A stretch of DNA of 64,000 nt. Origin: Cycas panzhihuaensis (lineage: Eukaryota; Plantae; Cycadophyta). Below, piece by piece: positions 53,037-64,000 of this stretch (position 1 is its first letter; each line of letters opens with the position of its first letter). The notes beneath the pieces were generated by a model. The model was not told the DNA's origin, did not search any database, and saw only the letters and a list, made by a program, of their open reading frames with translations. The translations under genes and the position numbers were made by a program. The DNA is taken from contig CM041465.1 of the NCBI GenBank assembly GCA_023213395.1, positions 179,187,741 to 179,251,740 on the forward strand. Direction: 5' to 3'.

Positions 53037-53979
53037 TATAATAGGTTATTCATGAGGTGACGTATCTATAAATATATATACACACTACTTGAGAACTTGA
53101 AAAAGAAAAATTGACTTAGAAATATATTTATTTAATATCATAAAGAGGAGCTCCTAACTCCAACCTTCTCCTATGATTTCTTTTACACTAGTTTTTTCAC
53201 ATATAAATTTATTATCTCTCATATGCTATATGTTTATTAATACTTTATATTATTTATACATATTTCTTATGTTTATAATTTATATTTTATATTATTGCTT
53301 TATATGCTTATTTTATATTATATGGTTTATGTACATTCCTTATTATATGATTAATTGACTATACATAATTGATATATTTTCATTATGCATAATGAGTACA
53401 TTCTAATATGGTAGTAGTTAAATTTAAAATTCTTACATGATATGAGAGCTAAGATTGAGCTATTAGAGCTTAAGGTTATGAAATTTTTTTTGGACATTTG
53501 TAAATGTAGTTTATTAGAGCCATGTTAAAGTTTATATGAGCCAGTTAATGCTAGTGATAGAGCCAATATAAACTAGTTGAGTCAATGACAAAGTTAGTAT
53601 AGGAGCTAGTTTAAGGAAGAATATTTGATGAGCCAAAAGTTAAATATGCTAGTGACATATGACTAAGATTCTAGGGCAAGATGATTTAGAGTTACATATA
53701 AATAATAAATACAGTAAACTATTGGCATGTTTCTATTTAATTTATTATGGACATTTATTTAGTATGTCAATACCATATTCTAGAATATGTAAGTTTAAAT
53801 CATATCTATCAAGATGATGTAAACATTTTTTTTTTTTGTAAGATAAAATGAATTTATAGTGGGTTTGAGCAGGATCCCACAACCTATTACATCGGAAACT
53901 TTTGTGTTACCATGAGATATTTGACCGTTACATCCCTACCTGCCCAGGCCAGAGCTACCTGCCGGGACAAGCCCCACGG

Positions 53980-56900
53980 CTAGCTGTTACAGATCATATC
54001 CTTCTCCACCAGAACCATAAGATCCCTAGGGAAGTCACTCTTCCACACTTGACCTTCCCGGTGCCTTGCCCCCCAGTTTGCCAAAAAGTCAGCTGGTTTA
54101 TTACCTTCTCTCAAAGTATGCCTTATACGGGCTTCTGCCTGTCCCTTGATGATCTCTTTGGCATCATTGAAAAGGGACTGGAATCTCCAGTCTGGAAGGG
54201 CCTCACCTTTCAACGTCTTAATCACCACCTCTAAATCCCCCTCTAATAACAGACGTTGAATATTTCCTTCAACTGCTAGGTCTAGGGCTTTAAACATAGC
54301 TTGCATTTCTGCGTAGTGGTTTGCCTGACATTCATAGTAGTTCGCGAAAGCCCTGATAGGGGAACCAGTGCTATCTCTACATATACCCCCTCCACCATCT
54401 TTCCCAGGGTTCCTTTTAGCAGCCCCATCAAAATTAACTTTGCTCCATGTCTCCTCAGGAGACTGCCATTCTGACTACGGGCCTCACGCCTCAAATACAG
54501 GAAATATACCCCATTTACTTAGAATCCTGCTCTCTATCAAGGAAAGACGTTTTTCTTTCACATTTCTAACATTTTCCCTAATGTCCGAGCATATTCTATT
54601 GAAAATAGCAATCTGGTCCATCTGGTTTTCCTGAAAAAAACACCGATTCCTCTCTTTCCAAATATTCCAAGCCAAAATTGGGAGCGCAATCTTCCAGATC
54701 TTTCGAGTTCTCGCTCGAAAGGGCTAAGCCAGGCAAGCCATAAGTCAAAAGTCTTTTTTGAAAATGTCCAGCAAACCTCTAATTTTTCAAGTAACATCCT
54801 CCAAACCTCTCTTGTAAGAGCACACCCAATGAAGATGTGGTCCATGGATTCCTCCTCTGAGTAACATAAAATGCATCTATTTGCCAACTCAATACCTCTC
54901 TTCTTAAGATTGTCTATAGTGAGGATTTTATTCATGAGGCAAGTCCACTAGAAAATAACAATCTTAGGAATAATAGGAAGCCTCCAAACCCCTTCAAGGG
55001 TTGGATTCCTCTGATCCCCTCTAGTTAAATAGAGGAAATGGTATCCTTGTTTAACGGTGTAGTCCTCGGACGGGCTGAGAGGCCACACAACCACATCTGG
55101 CGAATTCATTATGGGGATATAATTCTTACGAAGAATCCTTTTTAGCTTGTTTAGGCCCTCTTGCAATCTTTCTCCTTGAATTTCCTCCAGAGACTTCCAA
55201 CGCCTGTTTTTGCCACTCCCGGTCCAATAATCCTTAACCTGAGTGCCATATTGCCTGACACAGAGCCCCATAATAGGTGCCAGGTCTAGATAGTCCTTAA
55301 GTGCATTATCGTAGCACCATGCATCCTCCCAGAACCTTATGGAGTTACCATCTCCAAGTCTCCATTTTAAGCCATTCCTTATAGCTCTCCGTGCTTTAAG
55401 AATGCTTCTCCAAACAGTGGATCCGATCTGCGAAGCGTCATTCTGAATAAGAGAACCTCCTTGTATGTATTTTCTGGTCAGGATCTTCTCCCAAAGTCTC
55501 TCACCCCCTTTAAATAACCGCCATCCCAACTTTGCCCCTAGAGCAGCGTTGAAAGGAGGAATTCTTCTCAGGTTAAGACCACCAGCACATTTCGGGGTGC
55601 AAACTTTATTCCAGCTTACCAGATGTATTCTATCTTTGCTCTCTTTCCCCAACCAAAGGAATCTCTTCTGGATGGATTCAATAATGTTTGATATGCTCGC
55701 CGGAACTCTGAATATAGATATCCAAAATACTGGAATGCTCTGCAGTGTCGTAGTGACTAGTTGGAGCTTCCCAGCTAGACTAAGCAGGGCACCTTTCCAG
55801 CCTGCCAACTTCCTTTGCATCCTATCAATGAGGGGGTTCCACATGTCCTTGGACATTTTCCCTACAAAGAGTGGCAGACCAAGGTAGATTATGGGAAGCT
55901 CTTTAATGCTCATCTCTAGGATTCTACTTATCCTGCCTTGAACATGGCCTGGGGTATTTATAAAGAAGACACTACTCTTATTCAAGTTTATTTTTTGGTT
56001 CGTGGCCTCCTCAAAGTAGCCCAATATCTCTTTAAGTTTAGAAGCCTCTCTCAAAGAAGCCTTACCTAAGAAGATGTTATCGTCCACGAATTGGTGATGG
56101 ACCACTGTATCCACACCAGATGTCGGCTTTATACCTTTTATGGCTCCCTGCCTTCTGACAGACTCCAGGTTTCTACCCAAAAGCTCAGCCATTGTAATAA
56201 GCAAGAAGGGGGAGAAAGGGTCACCCTGCCTCAAACCCCTAAATCCTAGGAAGAACTTAGAGGAAGAGCCATTTATGATGACAGAGAATTGCGGGTTACC
56301 AATGCATAGCTTTATCCAATCCCACCAAGTCTCCTCAAAACTAAATGCACCAAGGCAATCTATCAAACAGTCCCAGGAGACCCTATCAAAAGCCTTCATG
56401 AAGTCGAGCTTGATAAGCATCACAGGCTCCTTTCTCTCCGCCGCTGAATGGATTGTTTCATGGACAACGATATAGCCATCATATAACTTCCTGCCCCGAA
56501 GGAAACCATCTTGATTCTGGGAAATAATATTTGGCATAATTTTCTTCACCCTATTCACCAAGACCTTTGTTAAGATTTTTTATTTAACGTTGCAGAGGCT
56601 AATGGGGCAGAAGTCCTCCATCCTTTTTGCCCCATCTTTTTTTGGAATAAGGACCAGGAATGTGGTCTGTCATTCCTGCAGGATCTTTCTATTTGCTTGG
56701 AACTCCTTCATTACTTCCATGAGATCCCCTTTAATAATGTCCCAGAATTCTTGAAAGAACCCCGGGGGAAATCCATCAGGACCTGGTGCTTTATCTTTCT
56801 TCATACCGAAGAGAGCCTCCCTGACCTCGTCCTGAGTGAATGGGGCTGTAAGCTGGGCATTCTGCTCTTTGTTCACCAAGCATGGTATATTATTTAGGAA

Positions 56901-58164
56901 ATCTTTCCTCCTTTCCTCATCCCCGCCTAGTGGTTCAGTAAAAAGGTTCTTGAAATATTCGCATGCCAGCTCCTTCATGTCTTCAACCGAGCTGACAGCG
57001 GATCCATCTTCCTTTTGAAGACTATTAATTCTATTGCTCGCCCTATATTTTACTGTAGTCATATGAAAAAATCTAGTATTTCTATCGCCTTCATCCAACC
57101 AGAGGGCCCTAGATTTTTGTCTCCAATGGATCTCCTCTCTGTTGAGGATCTCCTCCATAGTCTCAGTGAGCTCCTTCTCAGCCTTGTCAAGCTCCGCTGA
57201 TCTTCCCATCCGTTCAATTTGATCCTCTATACTTTTCAAATCCTAGATAGTTTTATCCTTTTGTTCATTTATGTTTTGTAACACTTCCTTGTTCCAAGCC
57301 TTTACTTGTCTTTTGACCCAGTCCAGCTTCTTTGAAAATCTATACATAGCATGTCCTCTGATGTCAATGCCCCACCACTCCTCAATTTTTTTCTGAAGGT
57401 CTGGATGGCGAAGCCACATTAATTCGAACCTGAAGGGGGCCCCCATAAAATTCCCCGAATCTGAAAATTGCAACAAGAGGGGCGAGTGGTCAGAGCTGAT
57501 CCTCGGCAATGCCTCTAAGGCATAGTCTGAGAAGCATCTCATCCAATCATAGTTAACCAAAGACCGTCGACTTGATTTGAATAAGGCTGTCTCCCAACCT
57601 CTTATTGGACCAGGTGAAGGATGCCCCCCTGAGATTAACATCTTCCAACCCCCCCTGTTAGAGGAAATCGCCAAACTTAGCCATACTAGTGGTCCACCCC
57701 CTGGTGCCTCCTCTCTTGTCACCAGGGCATAAAGCTGAGTTAAAGTCACCCGCCAACAACCATGGGAGCCGGCAATCCCTGTGTACCTCTATCAATCTAT
57801 CCCAAAGCCTCTTCCTGGCTGTTTGAAGAGTTGGGGCATACACATTAATAGCAAACCATGTAATGTTGTTGCTTTTGTTTATTAGCTGAACCGAAATGAA
57901 GGATTCGTCAATCAGAAGGATTTCTCCTAACCAAATAGATGGGTTCCAAAGCACCATTAACCCCCCGACTCCTTGGCCATAGTCCCTCTCTATGCCATCT
58001 GCATGCTTCCAAATTTTATTTCTGATCTTTGGTCCATTTTCCTTGCATAGCTTAGTTTCTTGTAGAAATAATAGATCTAATTGATGTCTAATTCTCATAT
58101 CCTTAATGATTCTTTACTTTGAGGGGGCATTCAAACCCCTAATATTCCATGACATAATTTTCAT
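53980..58164 (-). pseudogene. L1 ORF2: AP endonuclease - RT - zf-RVT - RNase H (several stops/frameshifts)
   Basis: MKIMSWNIRGLN, FLQETK, WLLAGDFN, SDHSPL, KAPGPDGF, KLDFMKAFDRV, GLRQGDP, QFVDD, YLGLPL, RCILC..EESMDHIF..C, NFDGAAKG, EGD, HTLREGNKPADFLAN. Confidence 0.95.
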
Positions 58165-59536
58165 CGCTTCTTTCTCAGTTTCCAAACCTCAGTCGTATCC
58201 CCTTTTGGGGGATCTCTGCCTGTTGTACTGGATCTAAGAATAGGTCCTTCGAGGAAAGCTTCCTTTAAAGTTTTTTGGGTGCCTAGATCTACTTGGGCAG
58301 CCGAATCTTTCTCCTTTTGCAGCCTAGATGGAGGTCTTCCAACCTTCTTCTTGGCTCCCACGTCAGGCATCTTCTTCTGTGACAGATGCGGTAATGGATC
58401 AAGGGTTGACCTACCTAGTTCCTTAGGCACCTCGGCACCGTCAAGCCCCTGATTGACTTCAACTTCTGAGGCGATTCGCCTCGATCCAAATGCATTATAT
58501 CCTTCTTCTCCTTCTACCTTAGTGGCCCGTGCAGGTCAGTGTGGACTGGAGGACCTTCACCGTAGTGGGAAAAATCCCCAACTCCAGCCACTCTAGCTGA
58601 ACCCTCCGGAGGCACAAGGACCTGTGCCACTTGATCATCTTCCTCCAAGAGCGTGTCCTCCTCGTTTGGGTCAAAACCCAAGTTCGGGGAGGAGGCCTCA
58701 GCGGCCTCTAATGGTGCTAGGCATTCAAAGCCCTCCCCTTTTTCTTGGGGGTTTGACTCAGGTGGATCTTCTTCTTTCTCCTCTTTAGAGGGCTGCACTC
58801 CTGGGCACTTTTAGGGCAGATGCCCCAAATTTCTACAGGTTGAACATCTGAAATGGTCCAACTCATAGACCAACGGTTGAACCCAACTCTTATCTGGAAA
58901 ATCCATCTAAATATCATCCAAGAGAGGCTTGTCTAATCTTGCCAAAGCACAAATTCTGGCATTTATAAGCCTGCTCCTGTTCTTCGTCGCGGAGTCAACT
59001 GCTAATAGAGGGCCCACTAATTTCGCTATGCCTCTAAACACCTCAGGGTTCCAGTGGTGAAGGGGGAGGCACGGGAGTTGGATCCATATGGGAGCTTGTC
59101 TGATTTTAGGACTCGAGGGATTAAAGTCCCTATGCCATTTCTCGAGAGATAGGGCCTTTCTTCTGAACATCCAAGGAGCCCTGATCAGTATACTAGACAT
59201 GTCTTCATAAGAGGCGAATTTAAATAGCACACAGCCCTTAGGCATGGCTATTACCTCCACACTGCTCACAATTTTCTATTTTATCTTTGTCCATGTCCTA
59301 ATGGCTTCCAGCCCTAGTCTGGGGCCTGAGAATCTGCCCACCAGGCAATTCTCCCATAGTTTTTTACTTTTTTCCACCAAAGCCAGAGGGATCTTCAATC
59401 TAGCTTTGTTGTCCTCGAACATAGGTGTTAGGTCAAAGGATTCCTCGTCATTTGTTTTCAAAACATCCTAGTAGGTTCTCCCTAAAACCAAGTTAGGGTT
59501 CTAGTTCTGATTTAGATGGGAATGATCTGTTTCCAT
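58161..59536 (-). pseudogene. L1 ORF1 (DUF4283-type plant L1 ORF1), disrupted
   Basis: WENCLVGRF, LFKF, APWMF, APIWIQLPCLPLHHW, ARIC motifs typical of plant L1 ORF1; its TGA overlaps the ORF2 ATG. Confidence 0.85.
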
Positions 59537-62446
59537 TTTTTTAAAAATTCAGAACAAAGAAGAAAGCTCCAAGCATAAAAATAGTAGCATACCATTTCAA
59601 CTTCGAACTTGCTATCCGAGGGGATATTATCCAAGATCCTTGCTGTGTGCCCTATGTCCCTCTCCAAGAACCCTCTGACACCACAGATAGATCTGTTATA
59701 TTATCTGTTTGAGAAGCTATGGGACCCGTGTCCCTCCCCAAACCTCTTCAAGCCTGTTAGTCCCGCATCATCATGGCGGTGCACCTCTTTTTGGAGGTCT
59801 AACCCAGGATTCAGAGAGCCTAGCGTCCTCGGACGAGCTATAGCTCCATTAACCTGAAGATCCTATAAGCATCCTGCTCTGGCATCTTTACTTAACGAGC
59901 CGTATACCCCCTGGGTAATCACGCTATCATGCTGCCTATCCACAGTCTCTGCTTGAGCGACGAGGAGGATATGACTATTAGCTCGAACAAAGACCAGTCG
60001 GTCGGCTCTACCAACACCCTCCAAGAGACGCCGTGGTGTCCATGGCCAAGAATTTTCGATCCCCGTCTCCAACGAGCTGATCTCTAGCAGCCTCACGATC
60101 GCTTGGTAAGCCTGCAAACCCTAGCTTCCGTTCGTCGTCGCCATCACAACCCTATTTATGTGGATATTTTAAGATGATGTAAACATAAGAAATAAGAAAA
60201 AAATTATTTCTGGTTACCTTCACTAATATATGCTACAAACCTATAGAGGTAAATAAGATTCAGTTGGATTAGCCATCTTACCAAATTATAAGTAGTTATA
60301 GCATGATCATCAAATTGTTTTGAAGACTCAATATCTATTAGTAATGTAAAATGGACAATAGGTTTGTATTGATTAATATGAAGTAAAATAAAATTATATG
60401 TGTTATTAAGTGAACATGATATTTTGATATATTTATTTAAATTTAAATTTTTATATAGTTCATCAACAATTAGTCATATGGAGGAGCAAATATGACTAGA
60501 AGCCTAACACCTAAAAGGCTAAACTAATTTTTTAAAGGGCTACATAGTTTGTTAAGACATATTGATACTTTTTAGACTAGAACTTTTCACTAGAATATCA
60601 TATTCAAGTGCCATTAATTATATTGGAAAGAGAATTTTAAGGTAATCAAAATGAGTGGTTGCAAGATATATTCCAAAAATTAAATTATGGAGATTTTAAT
60701 AGATAAATTTGAGCATACTTACTTTGACATCATAAAAATTATAAAATTTAAGATTTTTCAGATCTATTTTGGTATTTTCTGATGTTTATAAAGGTTCTTG
60801 AGATCATGATGATGATATTGATGAGAGATAATAAAAGAAAAAAATAAGTTTGGTCTAAAATTAAATAGTTAAAGGCTCATTTATGATAATTTAAGGTTTA
60901 AATTAAATAAAGGTTAATAATGTGGGACATATTTGAAGTAAAATTTATTATGGAAATCTTAATACATGCTAGACTTGATTAATTCCCTTAGTACTTGACA
61001 TATTTAGTCTAGTTAAGAGCACTATAAATTAAATGTCATGACCACCTATTTATTAGACACCTATTTGAATTTATAAATGATGATTAGTGACACCACCGAA
61101 TATATTGATAAAAGGACTAATTTATTTGTAATGTTTGTTTATTAGATAGATGATGAGTTAATGACATTTTCTACCTATTTATAAGTCATAGAGAAGAAGT
61201 ATAATGTGTTGATTAATTAGTACTAAATTTAGCTATTGAGGTTATCTAATTGATATATGATATATGTTTATCATTGAGAAATATGACTTGTCATATATGA
61301 TAAGAGGTATAGGAATATATTATTTATATTACTTTATTATAACTAAATTGTCTTGGCCAAGTGGTACACCATATTCCTGGAGTTAACATATTTAGATGAT
61401 TAATTTATTGATGTTGATGAGTTATTTATTAGTTACTAAAAGAAAGTTGTAGATGTATGTATAAGTGTCAATGGAGGTAGCACATAAGTTATTTGCTCAT
61501 ACACAAGAGGCAAGATAAATGAAGCTACTCTTATGTAACATATAAATTATGTTATTATTCTTGTATACAAGAGGTGAGATTTTATGATATTATTATAACA
61601 ATATTTTATGTAATAACAAGTGTTATTTTATTTAGTGATGAACTGTATATAAGAAATATATCATAGAAAACTAGCAATTACAATAACTAGTTATCCATAT
61701 ATTTTAGTAGATGGTTATTATTTTATATAGACATTAGTAATTATTTTTATTCATGAGATTGTTAAGATAACACATTAACAATGTTGATTAATCATAGCTT
61801 TACAAGTAAAGATATAAAGTCATTAAAGAGAAACGTTTATATAAACATAACAAGTGAAAGTCATGAAACTAAGATTAGTTATGTGATTGATTGATGATTA
61901 GTATACAAGTATTTTATACATGTAATTATTATAATTGGTCATTACTGATCATAGATGACTACATGTTATTATAGGTTAATTTCTTATAGGAAACAAACAT
62001 GATGTTGATAAATTTATAGGTTATATATGTTACAAGTTGATATAATATATTATAGATTTGATAGAAATTTTAGCATATGGGAAAAGCAAAAGAAATAGAG
62101 ATGGAGGTTGAAGATGAAGAATTAAAGATTGAAGACATTAAATATTAAGGGGGAGTGTTAAACTATGTGATACTTTCGTATATCTAATATTTAATATAAA
62201 TAGTGGAGCCACATAAAATTCTACTCACCAAGAGCATTGATAGATGTAATATGCATAATTATTCATCTAAGTATCTTATTGGATGATGAAATAATGCAAG
62301 AGATATAATAGGCTATTCATGAGGTAATATATCTATAAATATATATGCATACTACTTAAGAATATGAGAAAGAAAAATTGACCTAGAAATGTAATTATTT
62401 AATATCTAAAGAGGAGCTCCAAACTCTAACCTTCTCCTATGGTTTT

Positions 62447-63594
62447 TTTAAATTAATGTGGTAGTTGTTTGTTATGCCACTAAGTTAATATTAATGTGGT
62501 TTAACTAAGGTGATTAAGTAAAAAGATATGAGTTATTCAGAGGGTCACAACCCTAATCGAGTGACACCTCTTGGAAGAATATAAAAGCCTTGAGGCATTG
62601 TGTATTCAATATATCAAAATCATTATGAAATGATCAATGTGATCCAAAAAAATCTTTTTGTGGTGGGTTTTTTTCTTGGACGGGTTTTCCTACATAAATC
62701 CTGCATATTGTGCATGTATATTCTGTGTGTATTTTTATTTACTTACTATGTATAGTTAAAGATTCTACGAATGGAAACATACCTATATGATTTCATGTTC
62801 CCAAACATGGTATCAGACCCTTAGAGTCTTACACAACTGAAGCCTAACATTGAGTATAGCAATGAGATCGTCTGTTGTTGGGTGAAGCTGTCAAACCCAA
62901 GACTTGTCTTAAGGGTCCATCATCTCTAATAATGTGCAGAAGTAGGCACATCATATCAATGGTGGTTAAAGAAGCAAAAATCATTATTCAACAGGGTATA
63001 AGTGTTTATTAGAGTTAATATTTAGGCATGAAGGCCATATTTATTGTTGGAGTTAGATCATTGAGAGTCATCCAAAGCTAGTTGATGATCTGTTACAGTG
63101 ATTCAAGCTAACAAAGCATGCAATGATGGTGATTCAGTGACTATGAGGATAGCCAAGCTTATGTACATGTAAGTCCTTTATATTTCTTATCAAAATGTCA
63201 TAAAAAAACTATAAAATAAGGTGGTTTTTAGGTATTGCTTGTTATCAAACCTCTGTGCAGCACATGTAGATGAGATTGGAGCCTATATTGGTAATTTTTT
63301 ATCTAAATATAAGTGTTATATTAAAGTTTATAGTAGTAGAAGGCTATTTTATTGAAATATTTCTACTTTTTAAGGATATTGGAGACTTGTGTACACAAAC
63401 TAAGCTTGAAATAGCCATATCAAGGCTAGTTGGGCTCTTGTTATCATGCTTGGGCATGTTTGAAAGTTGGCTGAGTATTTTTTTTGCTGTTCTAGGTCCT
63501 TTAAAAGTTGACTAAGTTGAATTTATATTGATGGAGCACTTCTTGCACTAATTGGGCATACCTTAAAGTGTGTGTGGCTCCTTCAAGACTAGCT

Positions 63595-63629
<35 letters not shown>

Positions 63630-64000
63630 AGTTGGGTATGTGTAAGGAGTGTTAGACTAAATTCAGGCTGTTTACCAATCGTACAATATGTTGGAATGCC
63701 AAATACTAGCTGTTGGTCTATCTAGAGTATGCAGCCCATGAGTGTAATATGATAGTTGTGTCCTCCCATATAACGTGGGTGATTATTCTTTGGTGTTCTT
63801 TCACTAAGTTACAACCTTAATAACTTCTTTAAAATATAAAATTAAAAGATTATAGCACGTGGGTTTAGTGAAGAGATGCGATTATCCATATAAAGTTGCA
63901 CTTTTTGGAATATGCCTTTTGTCATATTCCCCTTAATAAAAGATTATAAAAGATCCCTTTAAACTATTAATATATTATATTTCTTCATAGTGTAACGTAA
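62447..64000 (+). mobile_element. Element H: LTR (~62447-62807), PBS and leader of a further LTR element running off the window
   Basis: Interrupts the E2 3' LTR; TATA-like tataaaag ~62580; ...aaaca followed by PBS tggtatcaga 62808-62817. Confidence 0.65.
63597..63626. repeat. (TA)n microsatellite
   Basis: Seen directly. Confidence 0.95.

Larger units (their letters stand above)
53826..60170 (-). mobile_element. Full-length L1-clade LINE with RNase H
   Basis: Poly(A) tail (poly-T 53826-53837); 15-16 bp TSD aagatgatgtaaaca(t) at 53811 and 60171; ORF1 and ORF2 recognisable. Confidence 0.97.
49847..62446 (+). mobile_element. Element E2: second E-family non-coding LTR element, interrupted by F, the L1 and H
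   Basis: 5' LTR 49847-49998 + 53042-53437, PBS-like 53438-53449; internal 60600-62150 homologous to 22900-24350; PPT aagggggag 62147-62155; 3' LTR from 62156, interrupted ~62446. Confidence 0.85.

Noticed and set aside
53902-59857. Plus-strand ORFs within the LINE
   Set aside because: Antisense shadows of ORF1/ORF2

Overview
AT-rich land-plant nuclear DNA; the short introns, Met-primed LTR families and extreme C>T decay suggest a gymnosperm, possibly a gnetophyte (inference). The window holds one intact host gene, a five-exon GDSL esterase/lipase (2145-4056, +). The remaining ~60 kb is a nested retroelement stack. It includes an old Copia (A, 4893-12309), a gag-only non-autonomous element (B, 12734-16402) and a head-to-tail triplication of a minus-strand Copia 3' half (C, ~17425-43915). 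C is interrupted by a chromodomain Gypsy (D, 19411-30964, carrying non-coding element E) and by a young full-length Copia (G, 35274-43649). Further right are an internally deleted Copia (I, 46472-49487) and a second E-family element (49847->62446) carrying a non-autonomous element (F), a full-length L1 LINE (53826-60170) and another LTR (H). Most striking: a ~450-nt GC-rich, multi-helix non-coding module lies just upstream of gag in two otherwise unrelated Copia families (38510-38976 and 6785-7250). It shows compensatory changes and variable helices, so it is a candidate conserved structured RNA (IRES-, packaging- or ribozyme-like). All alignments and folds were done by eye; nothing was computed or searched.
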